This document shows, one piece after another, positions 38,171 to 53,086 of a stretch of 64,000 bases of DNA (position 1 is its first letter; every line of letters begins with the position of its first letter). The notes below the pieces were generated by a model. The model ran no database searches. It was not told where the DNA came from and saw only the letters and a program-made list of their open reading frames with translations. Both the position numbers and the translations under genes were made by a program. The stretch comes from Paraspadella gotoi (lineage: Eukaryota > Animalia > Chaetognatha), in NCBI GenBank assembly GCA_051294375.1, contig CM119270.1:17829710-17893709 (forward strand), given 5' to 3'.

Positions 38171-40854
38171 CTCTCTCACTCACTCTCTCTTTCTCTTCTC
38201 TCTCTCCCTCACTCTGTTATATCGCTCTGCTCTCCTAATCTCGCTCGATCCTCTCTCTCTCTTTCTCCAACCACGTCCTCGCATATCATATGCGCTTTTG
38301 TCGAAATAGAGGATTCGTATTGCTCCTTTGTTCGCGACGCGAGTTTTCGCCGCCGCACGCCGCCATCTATCGTCGTCAAAAAGATTATGCGCGGAAATGC
38401 CTCGTTGGATGAGGAGTATGGTAGCTGGCGGTGTTGGGTGAGTTGAAATGGGTGAGTGTTGGAAAAAGGAAGAGTGGCCTAAGAGCTGATAGCCTGCTTA
38501 AGTGATTACGTATTTATGTTCAAAATAAACGCAGTTTTTTCCTTAATGTAATTTTAAACAAAATACAAATGCTCGAATGGAAGGATAAAATCATAAGAGC
38601 TGGGAAACACCTGCACAGCGAGAAATTAGTAGATGGAAGCAAAGATTCGTCTTGAAAAAAAATCCGAGGACAAATCAAAATATTTTTGTGGTACAACTAG
38701 GGTGTGTCATCTAAAGAATTCAGACATTATGTCATTAGTAACAAAAATCAGAAAACCGCACAGTAAATAATTACTGTCGTACAACGGAGTTCCTCACTGA
38801 CCTTTTGTTTTGCGCAAGATTCGACTTTTTCTCGCTAGGTAGCTCGATTGTGTTTCCTGAATCTCTCGTTGTGAGATGCTATTTTGTTCGAACTCTGGAA
38901 TTAGTTCTCCGCGTCAATTTGAAAAAAAGTTTTAAAGATTGAATATAAAAATTAAGCTTATGTTCACGAATACAAGAAAAATTTAGCCTTTTTAAATAAG
39001 ATTTTTTTAACTTTAGAGAATTTTTTTTAATTTCTAAAACTGGTCAACAATTATTTTAAGTATTTTCTTAATCACATGTCAACAACTAAATAAAAAGAAA
39101 ATAAATTTTTTCGTGACGATGTTTCTCATGCAAAAAAAAAAAAAAAAAAAAACAAACTAATAAAAAATGATACATAGGACTAATAAGACGAGATTACAAC
39201 TCGAGTCGTGAATTTATGTGATTCTTTTTTTTCATTTCCTGAAATTTACGTACGTGACATTGCCGTGGAAAACTATCGTCGTGACACGAGTGAGCGAATA
39301 GAAATAAAATAAAATCGCGGTTTATTTTATATATATATAATAAAAACAACTGATGAAGTTATTTCTTTAGTGGTTTTGTTTTTAATAATAAACAAGTGTA
39401 ATTAGAGTTTTTTACTTACATGGCATCCCTACGAGATTTTCGTATTTTGTTATTTTTGTGAGTAGGGTTTCGGATAATGTTTGAGTTTGAGAGAGAAAGT
39501 ATTGTACGATGGCGCGAACGGGGGCAAAGGGTACAACAAAACAAAAATTAAACAAAAAAAAAAATAATATATAAATTCGCTCGCTATCGATTTACGTACG
39601 ATTTTTTTTTTTTTTTATGAAAAAAAAACTTAAAAGAACAGCTAGACTGTTTTCTTTTGATCGAGGAAGGCGGTTCTGACCAGCCAGCTCATCTAAGCAC
39701 CCAGTTAGTTTGAAATTAGTTAATAATGTGTGTTCACCGTTAGTTCAAAAGTAAGAAAACAAGATAATGAAGCAAAGTTATTTCTCTAAACTATAGAAAA
39801 CCCTTGAAATGAAAAAAAAAATATTTTAATCATCTCATGCACGATTTTTGTAATAGAAACAAACTAATAGTTTTGTTGAAAAAAAAATAATCTAAATTAA
39901 ATGCGAAATTTACTTTTGTTTTTATTACCCGATAAAAAAAATTAGTATTTGCCGTGGTCGCCATCGAACTTTTTATCCAGACAATTTTCTTACCTTTGAT
40001 GCTGGGTAAGGGCTTCTCGACGTTAGGAGCGGTGTTAAAATTAGCCACACTTATTTTATGTTAAAATTAGCCAAACTTATTTTTTGTTAAAAAATTAGAC
40101 CAAACTTATTTTTAATATTTTTGATAAATACCAGATTGGAAAAAAAAAATTCAGTGACGTTATATCTAAAGATCGTTGAAAAACTCGCGTTCTAAGTAAC
40201 AACTGATTTAAGTCAATATATTCTTTATATTAAATAGTAGGTCATTTGAATTGACGATCTTTACGAAAGATTGTGAGGCGACTTACCGGTAGCCTCAACT
40301 GGCTTCAGTTACAATAACCTTCCTCCTTTTATCTTTGCCTTTGTAAACGACTGGAATACCCGACTGGACACAGATCAATCAGAGAAGGAAGGTTATTGTA
40401 ACGCGAGGCATCTGGTAAGTGCCTCGATTGAAATATTTTTAGAGCTTTTTCCCCCGACGTAAAATGATACACCACAAAAAAATATACTAATAAATACTCA
40501 TCGAAAAACAAAATAAATTGAAATATCTTTCTCACCATCGTCCGAACTTTTTCTGAAATGTTGTAGACGGCACATCCTTGCTGACGCGGTGGTTATCCTT
40601 TCGCCGACATAGTCGCCGCCGCTCCCTGCTTCGCATCGCCGACCAATCCCGCCGACAACGCCACCGCCGCCACACGCCCCGACGCCGCCTGTCCGACGAG
40701 CTCATCGTCGTCTCTCGGGAGAAGCGAAGGCTTCAAGTAAATCCCGAAAGTTGAGTAGTGAGGATTTGCCTCTCGGACACGAAGCTCAATTTGCGGAGCC
40801 CTTTGGTTATTTAATTTATTTTTATTATTTTATTTATTTATTTATTTATTATAT

Positions 40855-40893
<39 letters not shown>

Positions 40894-40915
40894 TTTTTTA
40901 TTTATTTATTTATAT

Positions 40916-40946
<31 letters not shown>

Positions 40947-42081
40947 TTTTTTATTATTTATTTATTTATTTTTATTTTATGTTATTTATTTATTTATTTA
41001 ATTTTTTGTTATTATTATTAATACTTTATTTACTTATTTATTTATTTATTTATTTTATTATTTTTATTTATTTATTTCTTTTATTCATTAATTTTATTTA
41101 TTTATTAATTTATCTATTTATATATATATTTATTTATTTATTATTTATTTACTTATTCATTTATTTATTATTTCATTTATTTATTTATTAATTTATTTAT
41201 TTTATTAATTTTAAATATTATTATTTAGTTTATCATTTGTGTATTTTTATTTTCGTTCTTTCATTTGACATAATTCATATTTTTAAATAGCAAATAAATA
41301 TATATCTAAAATGCCGTGAAACTCGCCATATTCTCCTTTCCGCATCTCCCCATCCCGCCAAATCCAAAGTCGCAAAATCTGTTCCTCTTACGACAGATGT
41401 CGCCGGAAAGAGATCTTTTGGATCGTCGCGGCCCGTCGGATGCAGCGGCGATACTCTGTGGCAGATGCCGTTGAAAAATGGCAATCTTTGAACTCGGCGC
41501 CTTTGATGGTCTGTTGGGCCCTTTTGATGTCTGTTGCTAGCGCCTTTGATGTCTGTTGCGGCGCCTTTGATCCAATCGGCGTCGCCTTGAAGCCCTTTGC
41601 GGCGCCTTTGAATTTTTTCGGCGTTGGTTTTCTTTTACTCTTTCGTCAATCTCGCTTGATGATCGGTGTTTGTTTTTCAAAATCAATTGTTAATTATTTT
41701 TGTTGTAATTTAAAAAAAAAACATCGAATGGAGATCAAAAAGCAAAGGCTAAATTTGTTTTAATTTTACGTTTTGTTTTTATAGAGTTTTTCCTCTGATC
41801 TGACGACTATTTCCAACAGGCGTCTTCGAAGATATTTTAATGTTTTAAATTCGAATATGTCTTTTGTTTAAATAGACTAAAAAGGCGCTATGTTAAAAAG
41901 CTGGTTGAATAGTTTGGAATAAAATGGGCGGATTAAATCGTTTGAGTCTCAAAGATTCGATCGCGAATCCAGAAATGGAACGAATGGAATAAAAAAAAAA
42001 TTCTCTTACTAGTTTTTATTTCATCTTCATCCTTCGCGAAACTTGGCCGTCCCTGCGTGAAAGGAGGGAGAGAGGAGAGAG

Positions 42082-42114
<33 letters not shown>

Positions 42115-42122
42115 GAGAGAAC

Positions 42123-42158
<36 letters not shown>

Positions 42159-42513
42159 AGTCTTCTTTTCTCGTAAAAATGATGAGTAGCAACTTTTTCT
42201 TTTTTGTTCTTTCCTATTGTGAGATGCATCTTCGTCGTACATCTTCGTCTTCGTTAAATCGTCGTCGTCATCGTCGTTCTTGTCGTCTTGTTTGACAAAC
42301 AATTGATCTGGTTGAAACGAATATCGTTATTTAATTACTTCGAGTTTAAAATAATTTATCTAAAAGTTGAAGTAAATAAACAACAATTAATGATGAATTT
42401 TATGTAAATTCTTTTGAATTTGTTTTATATTCCTTTTATACTTTAACTAATCCTTTTTGAATAAAAATATAATGCTCTTAACGAAGAGGAGTAGAGAGAG
42501 AGAGAGAGAGAGA

Positions 42514-42562
<49 letters not shown>

Positions 42563-42644
42563 AGAGAGAGGAGAGAGAGAGAGCGAGAGAGAGAGAGAGA
42601 GAGATAGAGAGAGAGAGAGAAAGAGGAGAGAAAGAGAGAGAGAG

Positions 42645-42693
<49 letters not shown>

Positions 42694-43314
42694 TATCGGG
42701 AATCTCTTGAGATCGAGAAGTGAATCGGAAGAACCGATGACTGATGTAAAAATACCAACTTTCTCTATTTTAACAATCAATCTTTCTTCTCTTTAATTGC
42801 GCATCTTTTTCCCCTATCTTTTCTTTCGCTTTTTTCATTTTTTATTGCTCCATCTAAACTCTCTCTTTTACTCCTCTCTTTCTTCATCTTCTATTATTGC
42901 GGCGGGATCGGGATATTTCCTCTCTTTCTTCTTTTTTTTTCACTTTTTATTGCTCCATCTATGCTCTCTGTTTACTTTTCTCTTCTTCTTCTTTTATCTA
43001 TATTTTCTTTTTTATCCAATTTTTGGTTATTTTCTTTCTTTTTCTTTTTTAAATTTCATTTTTAATTTTTTCATTTTTAATTTTTGTTTTTCCTTCCCCG
43101 TGTCTTCCTATTTTTTCTAGTTCCATCTCATCCCTTCCTATCTTTCTTTCGCTCTTTTCAATTCATTTCATCATCTCTATTCATCTGTTCTTTCCTCGAA
43201 TATTTATCTGTTCCTCTCTTATCGCCCATCGGTCTCGCCCACATCTTTTTCTTTCTCTAACTGGAATCGTTTGACAATGGCAGAAACCAACAAGGGTCCG
43301 ATTAACTGAAGAGG

Positions 43315-43354
<40 letters not shown>

Positions 43355-45192
43355 AGAAGAAGAGAGAGAGAAGAGAGGAGAGAGGGAGGGCAAAATTTTA
43401 AAACGATAACGCTCCGCGGTGATACTTCCTCAACCACCATCCAACCACCCGACCACCTAACCGAACCGTCATGGCAAAAGTCGCGTCGGCTGCTCGTTTT
43501 GCCCGATCAAACGCAAACGCACAAAAACACTTAAGAAAACATTACTATAATCTACAACCGCCCCCCCCCGGACCACAACTCCCGAACCATTAAACCTCCA
43601 AACGGTTAACCCTTCCCGCAAAGCCTTGTAATTTTCCCCCATTCACCCACAAAGCCCACAAACCTTCTTTCATTCTCCACAAACAACCCAACAAGAACCC
43701 ACAACAACCCACTTTAAACGATAATCGTTTTAACCTCAGTTCAAAACACAATCCCAAGACCTTCATCTCCTAAACATCTATTCGACCCCGAAACCCCTGA
43801 GCCCTCCCTCATCCCCTCCCTAAGACCCCATCAACACACCCTCAACCCTCTCAACACCCCAACTGACCTAGACAAAAGATCAACTTTGAACTTTTTTTTC
43901 CCCTTTTATCTACGATCGCAATGAGAAAAATTTCGGTTCAGCTTCTTGGAAACAATGGGACACATTTTTCTCAGCCACAACAACAAGAGGCTTAATTAGT
44001 AAACAAACTACAACGTCAACTTATCGTTACTATTTTCAGTCAACAAGACTGCAACTCTCGCAAGCGTGGTGACAATCTAGCCAGAAGCCACCTCAACCAC
44101 CACCCGCTGCAGTTCACCAAGAAGCAACGCCGCAAGACGCCGCCCCGCCGCCGGCCGCCGGCCGCCGCCGCCGTTACCGCCGCCGCAGCGGTCCACAGAA
44201 CGATTCTAACGGCGTTTTTTGCTGATTTAGCTAATTTTGATCGCGAGAAGAAAGAAGAAAAAGATAAGACGGGGAATTAAAAGGGGGGGAAATGAGGGGG
44301 TGGGATCAGATGAATGAGGAGATGGAGGTCCGAGAGGGCGATTAGATGTCTTTGGAGATGGAGGTCGGATACGTGGGATCAGATTGATGATGAGAATGGA
44401 GGTCCGAGAGGGGATTAGATGCTTTGGAGATGGGAGGTCGGATAGGGGGATCAGATTGATGATTGAGATGAGAGGTTCGGAAGTAGGGAGTTAGATGATT
44501 AGGAGTTATGAAGAGGATCGGCGAGGGGATCTGATTTATGAGGAGATGCGGAGGTCGGAGGGGAGTTAGATATGATTAGGAGATGAGAGGTCGGATAGGG
44601 GATCAGATGATGATGAGATGAGAGGGTCGGAGAGGGAGTTAGATGATTAGGAGATGAGAGGGTCGATAGGGCGAATCATGATGATGATGAGAGTGAGAAG
44701 GTCGGAGAGGGAGTTAGATGATTAGGAGATGAGGGATCGGATTAGGGGATCAGATGATGATGAGATGAGAGGTCGGAGAGGGAGTTAGATGATTAGGAGA
44801 TGAGAGGTCGGAGAGGGGATCTGATTATGAGGAGAAGGGAGGTCGGAAGAGGGTATCAGATGATAGGAGATGGGAGGTCAGAGAGGGGATCAGATGATTA
44901 GAAGATGGGAGGTCAGAGAGAGGGGATCTGGGTGGAAATGAGGGGTTGGGGATCAGATGATTAGAGATGAGAGGTCATCTCATCATCATCTGATCCCCTA
45001 TCCGACCTCCCATCTCCAAAGCATCTAATCCCCTCTCGGACCTCCCATCTCCTCATCATCTGATCCCCAACCCCCTCATTTCCCCCCCTTTTAATTCCCC
45101 GTCTTTATCTTTTTCTTCTTCTTCTCCGATCAAATATTAGCTAAATCAGCAAAACGCCGTTAGAATCGTTGTGGACCGCTGCGGCGGCGGTA

Positions 45193-45225
<33 letters not shown>

Positions 45226-46171
45226 TCTGCGGCGTTGCTCTTGGTGAACTGGCAGCGGTGGTGGTTAGGGTGGCTTTCTGGCTAGATTGTCACCACGCTT
45301 GCGAGAGTTGCAGTCTTGTTGACTGAAATAGTAACGATAAGTTGACGTTGTAGTTGTTACTAATTTAGCCTCTGTTGTTGTGGCTGAGAATAATGTTGTC
45401 CCATTGTTTCCAAGAAGCTGAACCGAAATTTTCTCATTGGATCGTAGATAAAAGGGAAAAAAAAGTCAAAGGTTGATCTTTTGTCGTAGTCAGTGGGGTG
45501 TTGAGAGGGTTGAGGGGTGTTGATGGGGTTCGTAGGGGAGGGGATTGAGGGAGGCTCAGGGGTTTCGGGGGTCGAATAGATGCTTTAGGAGATGAAGGTC
45601 TTGGGATTGTGGTTTGAACTGAAGGTTAAACNNNNNNNNNNNNNNNNNNNNNNNNNNNNNNNNNNNNNNNNNNNNNNNNNNNNNNNNNNNNNNNNNNNNN
45701 NNNNNNNNNNNNNNNNNNNNNNNNNNNNNNNNNNNNNNNNNNNNNNNNNNNNNNNNNNNNNNNNNNNNNNNNNNNNNNNNNNNNNNNNNNNNNNNNNNNN
45801 NNNNNNNNNNNNNNNNNNNNNNNNNNNNNNNNNNNNNNNNNNNNNNNNNNNNNNNNNNNNNNNNNNNNNNNNNNNNNNNNNNNNNNNNNNNNNNNNNNNN
45901 NNNNNNNNNNNNNNNNNNNNNNNNNNNNNNNNNNNNNNNNNNNNNNNNNNNNNNNNNNNNNNNNNNNNNNNNNNNNNNNNNNNNNNNNNNNNNNNNNNNN
46001 NNNNNNNNNNNNNNNNNNNNNNNNNNNNNNNNNNNNNNNNNNNNNNNNNNNNNNNNNNNNNNNNNNNNNNNNNNNNNNNNNNNNNNNNNNNNNNNNNNNN
46101 NNNNNNNNNNNNNNNNNNNNNNNNNNNNNNNNNNNNNNNNNNNNNNNNNNNNNNNNNNNNNNNNNNNNNNN

Positions 46172-46206
<35 letters not shown>

Positions 46207-46804
46207 CCTCTTCAGTTAATCGGACCCTTGTTGGTTCTGCCATTGTCAAACGATTCCAGTTAAGAGAAGAAAAAGATGTGAGGGAGACCGATGGGCGATA
46301 GAGAGGAACAGATAAATATTCGAGGAAAGAACAGATGAATTAGAGATGATGAAATGAATTGAAAGACAAGAAAGATAGGAAGGGATGAGATGGAACTAGA
46401 AATAAATAGGAAGACAAGGGGAAGGAAAAACAAAAATTTAAAATGAAAAATTAAAATGAAATTAAAAAAGAAAAGAAAGAAAAATAACAAAAATGGAATA
46501 AAAAGAAAATATAATAAAAGAGAAGAAAGAGAAAAGTAAACAGAGAGCATAGATGGAGCAATAAAAAGTGAAAAAAAAGAAGAAAAGAGAGGAAAATATG
46601 GCGCAATAAAAGATAAGAAAGAGAGGAGTAAAGAGAGAGTTTAGATGGAGCAATAAAAAATGAAAAAAAGCGAAGAAAAGATAGGAAAAGATGGCGCAAT
46701 TAAAGAGAAGAAAGATTGATGTTTAAAATAGAGAAAGTTGGGTGATTTTTACATCAGTCATCGGTTCTTCCGATTCACTTCTCGATCTCAAGAGATTTCC
46801 GATA

Positions 46805-46898
<94 letters not shown>

Positions 46899-47213
46899 TA
46901 AGAATTAATTTTTATTCAAAAGGATGAGTTAAAGTATAAAAGGAATATAACAAAATTCAAAAGAATTTTTACATAAAATTCATCATTAATTGTTGTTTGA
47001 TTTACTTCAACTTTTAGATAAATTGATTTAAACTCGAAGTAATTAAAATAACGATATTCGTTTCAACCAGATAATTTGTTTGTCAAACAGAGACGACAAG
47101 ACGACGATGACGACGACGATAACGAAGACGAAGATGACGACGAAGATGCATCTCACAATAGGAAGAACAAAAAAGAAAAAGTTGCTACTCATCCATTTTT
47201 ACGAGAAAAGAAG

Positions 47214-47330
<117 letters not shown>

Positions 47331-47735
47331 TCCCTTTTCACGCGGGACGGCCAAGTTTCGCGAAGATGGAAGAGAAAAAAAACTAGTGAGATTTTTTTTT
47401 ATTCCATTCGGTTCCATTTCTGGATTCGCGATCGAATCTTTGAGACTCAAACGATTTAATCCGCCATTTTATTCCAAACTATTCAACCAGCTTTTAACAT
47501 AGCGCCTTTTTAGTCTATTTTAAACAAAAGACATATTCGAATTTAAACATTAAAATATCTTCTAAAGACGCCTGTTGGAAATAGTCGTCAGATCAGAGGA
47601 AAAACTCTATAAAACAAAACGTAAAATTAAAACAAATTTAGCCTTTGCTTTTTGATCTCCATTCGATGTTTTTTTTTAAATTACAACAAAAATATTAACA
47701 ATTGATTTTGAAAACAAACACCGATCATCAGCGAG

Positions 47736-48048
47736 ATGAACCGAAAGAGTAAAAGAAAACCAACGCCGAAAAAATCAAAGGCGCCGCAAAGTGGTTCAAA
47801 GGCGACGCCGATTGGATCAAAGGCGCCGCAACAGACATCAAAGGCGCAGCAACAGACATCAAAGGCGCCGCAACAGACATCAAAGGCGCCGAGTTCAAAG
47901 ATGCCATTTTTCAACGGCATCTGCCACAGAGTATCGCCGCTGCATCGACGGCGCGACGATCCAAAGATCTCTTTCGGCGACATCTGTCGTGAGGAACAGA
48001 TGCCGACTTTGGATTTGGCGGATGGGGAGATGCGGAAAGGAGAATATG
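47736..48048 (+). CDS. Candidate exon of an unknown Lys/Gln-rich protein with SKAPQQT repeats
   Basis: Open frame MNRKSKRKPTPKKSKAPQSGSKATPIGSKAPQQTSKAQQQTSKAPQQTSKAPSSK...RKGEY built on in-frame 21-nt repeats, in a GC-richer island. It ends at a GC-type donor G|gcgagt in phase 1. Inverted copy at ~41327-41655. Confidence 0.42.
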
Positions 48049-48149
48049 GCGAGTTTCACGGCATTTTAGATATATATTTATTTGTATAAAAATAATGAAT
48101 TATGTCAAATGAAAGAACGAAAAATAAAAATACAAATGATAATACTAAA

Positions 48150-48296
48150 TAATAATATTAATAATTAATAAATAAATAAATTAATAAATAAATAAATGAA
48201 ATAATAAATAAATGAATAAGTAAATAAAATAATAAATAAATAAATATATATATAAATAGATAAATTAATAAATAAATAAATAAATGAATAAAGAAA

Positions 48297-48331
<35 letters not shown>

Positions 48332-48344
48332 GTAAATAAAGTAA

Positions 48345-48415
<71 letters not shown>

Positions 48416-48420
48416 AAAAA

Positions 48421-48507
<87 letters not shown>

Positions 48508-48530
48508 AAAATAATAAAATAAATTAAATA
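48150..48530. repeat. (TAAA)n microsatellite (inverted copy 40810-41220)
   Basis: Direct inspection. Confidence 0.9.
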
Positions 48531-48537
48531 ACCAAAG

Positions 48538-48798
48538 GTCTCCGCAAATTGAGCTTCGTGTCCGAGGAGGCAAATCCTCCACTACTCAACTTCGGGATTT
48601 ACTTGAAGCCTTCGCTTCTCCCGAGAGACGACGATGAGCTCGTCGACGGCGGCGTCGGGGGTGTTGGCGGCGGTGGCGTTGTCGGCGGGATTGTCGGCGA
48701 TGCGAAGAGGAGCGTCGGCGACTATGTCGGCGGAAAGGATAACCACCGCGTCGGCAAGGATGTGCCGGTCTACAACATTTCGGAAAAAGTCGACGATG
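48538..48798 (+). CDS. Candidate exon, Gly/Val/Asp-rich, unknown protein
   Basis: ccaaag|...|gtgaga, 261 nt, phase 1/1, open: GLRKLSFVSEEANPPLLNFGIYLKPSLLPRDDDELVDGGVGGVGGGGVVGGIVGD...NISEKVDD. In phase with the preceding candidate exon. Confidence 0.45.
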
Positions 48799-48924
48799 GT
48801 GAGAAAGATATTTCAATTTATTTTTGTTTTTCGATGATATTTATTAGTATATTTTTTTGTGTGTGTATCATTTTACGTCGGGGAAAAAAGCTCTAAAAAT
48901 ATTTCAATCGAGGCGACTTACCAG

Positions 48925-49045
48925 AGGCCTCGGTTACAATAACCTTCCTTCTCTGATTGATGTGTCCAGTCGGGTATTCAGTCGTTTACAAAGGCAAAGA
49001 TAAAAGGAGGAAAGGTTATTGTAACTGAAGCCAGTGAGGCCTACG
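48925..49045 (+). CDS. Candidate exon, unknown protein
   Basis: cttaccag|...|gtaagt. A manual consensus with the inverted copy (~40287-40411) gives DASRYNNLPSLIDLCPVGYSVVYKGKDKRRKVIVTEASEA, phase 1/1. Neither copy alone is frameshift-free. Confidence 0.35.
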
Positions 49046-51119
49046 GTAAGTCGCCTCACAATCTTCGTAAAGATCGTCAATTCAAATGACCTACTTTTAA
49101 TATAAAGAATATATTGACTTAAATCAGTTGTTACTTAGAACGGAGTTTTCAACGATCTTTAGATATAACGTCACTGAATTTTTTTTTTTCCAATCTGGTA
49201 TTTATCAAAAAATATAAAATAAGTTTGGCTAATTTTAACAAAAAATAAGTTTGGCTAATTTTAACATAAAATAAGTGTGGCTAATTTTAACACCGTCCTA
49301 ACGTCGAGAAGCCCTTACCTCAGCATCAAAGGTAAGGAAAATTGTCTGGAGAAAAAGTTCGATGGCGACCACGGCAAATACTAATTTTTTTTATCGGGTA
49401 AGTAAAAACAAAATAAATTTCGCATTTAATTTAGATTATTTTTTTTTCAACAAACTAATTAGTTGTTTCTATTACAAAAGTCGTGCATGAGATGATTAAA
49501 AGATTTTTTTTTTCATTCAAGGGTTTTAATAGTTTAGAGAAATAACTTGTTCATTATCTTGTTTTCTTACTTTTGAACTAACGGTGAACACACATTATTA
49601 CTAATTCAAACTAACTGGGTGCTTAGATGAGCTGGCTGGTCAGAACCGCCTTCTCGATCAAAAAGAAAACAGTCTAGCTGTTTCTTTTAAGTTTTTTTTT
49701 CATAAAAAAAAATAAAATCGTACGTAAATCGATAGGAGCGAATTTATATATTATTTTTTTTTTTGTTTTAATTTTGTTTTTGTTTGTACACCTTTGCCCC
49801 CCGTCGCGCCATCTACAATACTTTCTCTCTCAAACTCAACATTATCCGAACCCTACTCACAAAAATAACAAAATACGAAATCTCGTAGGGATGCCATGTA
49901 AGTAAAAACCTCTAATTACACTTGTTTAATTATTAAAAACAAAACCACTAAAGAAATAACTTCAATCAGTTGTTTTTATATATATATATAAATAAACCGC
50001 GATTTTATTTTATTTCTATTCGCTCGTGTCACGACGATAGTTTTCCCGAGGCAAATGTCACGTACGTAAATTTCAGGAAATGAAAAAAAAAGAATCACAT
50101 AATTCACGACTCGAGTTGTAATCTCGTCTTATTAGTCCTTGTATCATTTTTTATTAGTTTTGTTTTTTTTTTTTTGTTTTTTTTGCATGAAACATCGTCA
50201 CGAAAAAATTTATTTTCTTTTTATTTTAGTTGTTGACATGTGATTAAGAAAATACTTAAAATAATTGTTGACCAGTTTTAGAAATTAAAAAAATTCTCTA
50301 AAGTTAAAAAAATCTTATTAAAAAGGTAAATTTTTTCTTGTATTCGTGAACATATAGTATAATTTTTTATATTCAATCTTTAAAACTTTTTTTCAAATTG
50401 ACGCGGAGAACTAATTCCAGAGTTTCGAACAAAATAGCATCTCACAACGAGAGATTTTCAGAACACATCGAGCTACCTAGCGAGAAAAAGTCGAATCTTG
50501 CGCAAAACAAAAAGGCAGTGAGGAACTCCGTTGTACGACAGTAATTTTTACTGTGCGGTTTTCTGAATTTGTACTAATGACATATTGTCTGAATTCTTTA
50601 GATGACACACCCTAGTTGTACCACAAAAATATTTTGATTTGTCCTCGGATTTTTTTTCAAGACGAATCTTTGCTTCCATCTACTAATTTTCGTGTGCGGT
50701 GTTTCCCAGCTCTTAGATTTTATCCCTTCCATCGAGCATTTGTATTTTTGTTTAAAATTACATAAGGAAAAAACTGCGTTTATTTGAACATAAATACGTA
50801 ATCACTTAAGCAGGCTATCAGCTCTTAGGCCACTCTTCCTTTTCCAACCACTCCACCCATTTCAACTCAACCCAACACCCGCCAGCTACCATCTCCTCAT
50901 CCAACGAGGCTTTCCGCGCCATATCTTTTGACGACGATAGATGGCGGCTGCGGCGGCGAAAACTCGCGTCGCGAACAAAGGAGCAATCGAATCCTCTATT
51001 TCGACAAAAGCGCAATGATTATGCGAGACGTGGTTGGAGAAAGAGAGAGAGAGGTCGAGCGAGATTAGGAGAGAGAGCGATAAACAGAGGGAGGGAGAGA
51101 GAGAAGAGAAAGAGAGAGT

Positions 51120-51214
<95 letters not shown>

Positions 51215-51354
51215 ATAGAGAGAGAGAGAAAATGTAGTGATAAAGAGAAGTGTCGAAAAAAGATATATAAAAAAAAGGAAAAGGAGCAAAGGAAAATGGA
51301 AAGAAAAGAGATTTAATGATTTAATGATTTTCGTTACAACGGTTACAATTCGCA

Positions 51355-51530
51355 GCTCCAATCCACTCGACCAATCAGCGCCGCCAATCAGCGACGACAA
51401 TCAGTTGCAAGCAAATAGATAATTGCGATTCCCATCTTAATCCCCATTTAATCCCCATTTTAATCCCCATTTCCGGTGAAATATTCGTCGACGACGACGC
51501 GAAACTCCCATATCGTCACTGAGCGTCAGC
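51355..51530. promoter_or_regulatory. Promoter-like motif cluster (NF-Y CCAAT boxes, TAATCC x3, ETS)
   Basis: CCAAT at 51358, CCAATCAG at 51371 and 51384, CAATCAG at ~51398; TAATCCCC at 51438, 51449 and 51461; CCGGAAAT on the minus strand at ~51469-51476. Mirrored at ~37770-37945. Confidence 0.4.
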
Positions 51531-51771
51531 CCCTCGCATCTATGGTTGCATTTTACGCGAACAAAGAGGGAGAGAGAGACGCTAAGACCCTCGGATCAAT
51601 CGACGCCGCTGGCGCCGAAAACGAAGCGGAACTGATTTGAGAAGGAAAAACAAAACAAGTCTTTTCTCAAAGATAAGTTGTTTTTTTTGTTTTGTTTTCA
51701 TGAAGAAGAAAAGTCTTTGGAAATCCTGAGGATTAAAAATTGAAGGGAGGATCGTTCGTCGATCCTCGCAG

Positions 51772-52030
51772 CTGTGGTGTGTGTGGGCTGTGTGGGCTGT
51801 GTGGTGTGTGTGGGCTGTGTGGGCTGTGTAGGCTGAGTGGGCTGTGTAGGTTTTGTGGATTTTGTGGGCTGTTTGGGCTGTGTGGGCTTTGTGGGATGTG
51901 TGGGCTGTGTGGGTTTTGTGGGCTGTGGTGGGTTTTTGTGGGCTGAGTGGGCTTTGTGGGCTGTGTAGGTTTTGTGGGCTGAGTGGCTGTGTGGGCCTGT
52001 TAGGCTGTGTGGACTGTAATGGCTGTGTGG
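51772..52030. repeat. 9-bp minisatellite (tgtgggctg)n (inverted copy 37220-37520)
   Basis: Direct inspection. Confidence 0.85.
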
Positions 52031-52269
52031 TGTCGATTCGTCTCTTTTATCCTTTGGCGGCAGTTCCGTTCTTTTCCTTTCTATTCTTTTCTTTTCTCTT
52101 CAATTTTTTGGTTCTCTTTTTTTTTTGCTTGTGATGTTTTTCTTCAGTAATGTTTGTTTCATGGGCTTATTTATTTCTTTCTCTCCTTCCTCTCTTTCTT
52201 TATTTTTTCTCTCTTTTTTCTTTTTTATCCTTTTTTTTCTTTCTTTCTTTCTTTCTTTCTTTCTTTTTT

Positions 52270-52373
<104 letters not shown>

Positions 52374-52900
52374 TCTTTCTTTCTTTTTTTTTTCTTTTTT
52401 CTTTCTTTCTTTCTATTTTCTTTTTGTGTTTAATGTTTTATTCTTTCTTTTTTTCTCTCTTGCTTTCTTTCGCATTTTTTTTCTTCCCTAATTCCTCCTC
52501 TTTTCTCTTCTTTTTATTTTTTTCCCCTAATTCTTTCCTTTTCTATTTTTCTTCCACCTCTTTTCTCTTTTTTTCCTCCCTTTTTTTTCTTCCTCCTCTT
52601 TTCTCTTTTCTCTTCTTTTTTTCCTTCCCTAATTCCTCCTATATTCTCTTTTTTCCATTTTTCTTCATCGATTCTGTTCTTCTTCCTCCGCGTTTTTCTT
52701 CTCCGCCTCCGTTGCTTTCCCTGTCTCCCTCCCCTTACTTCCCCCTTACCCTTCTCTCCTCACCTTCACTTACCTTTTCCTATTTCTCTCCTTTTCTTAT
52801 CTATTGCTATTAATTTGTTATTATAATATCTCATATATATTATCATCATCATCGCCTCTTCCACATACAATTTTTTCCCCTAATTATCGCATTTCGCTTT

Positions 52901-52945
<45 letters not shown>

Positions 52946-53025
52946 CTCTCTTTCTCTTCCTTCGACCGAACGACGCGACGAAGCGATGGAAATCAAATCG
53001 ACAAAACGAGGAATTCGTGCAAAAG

Positions 53026-53086
<61 letters not shown>

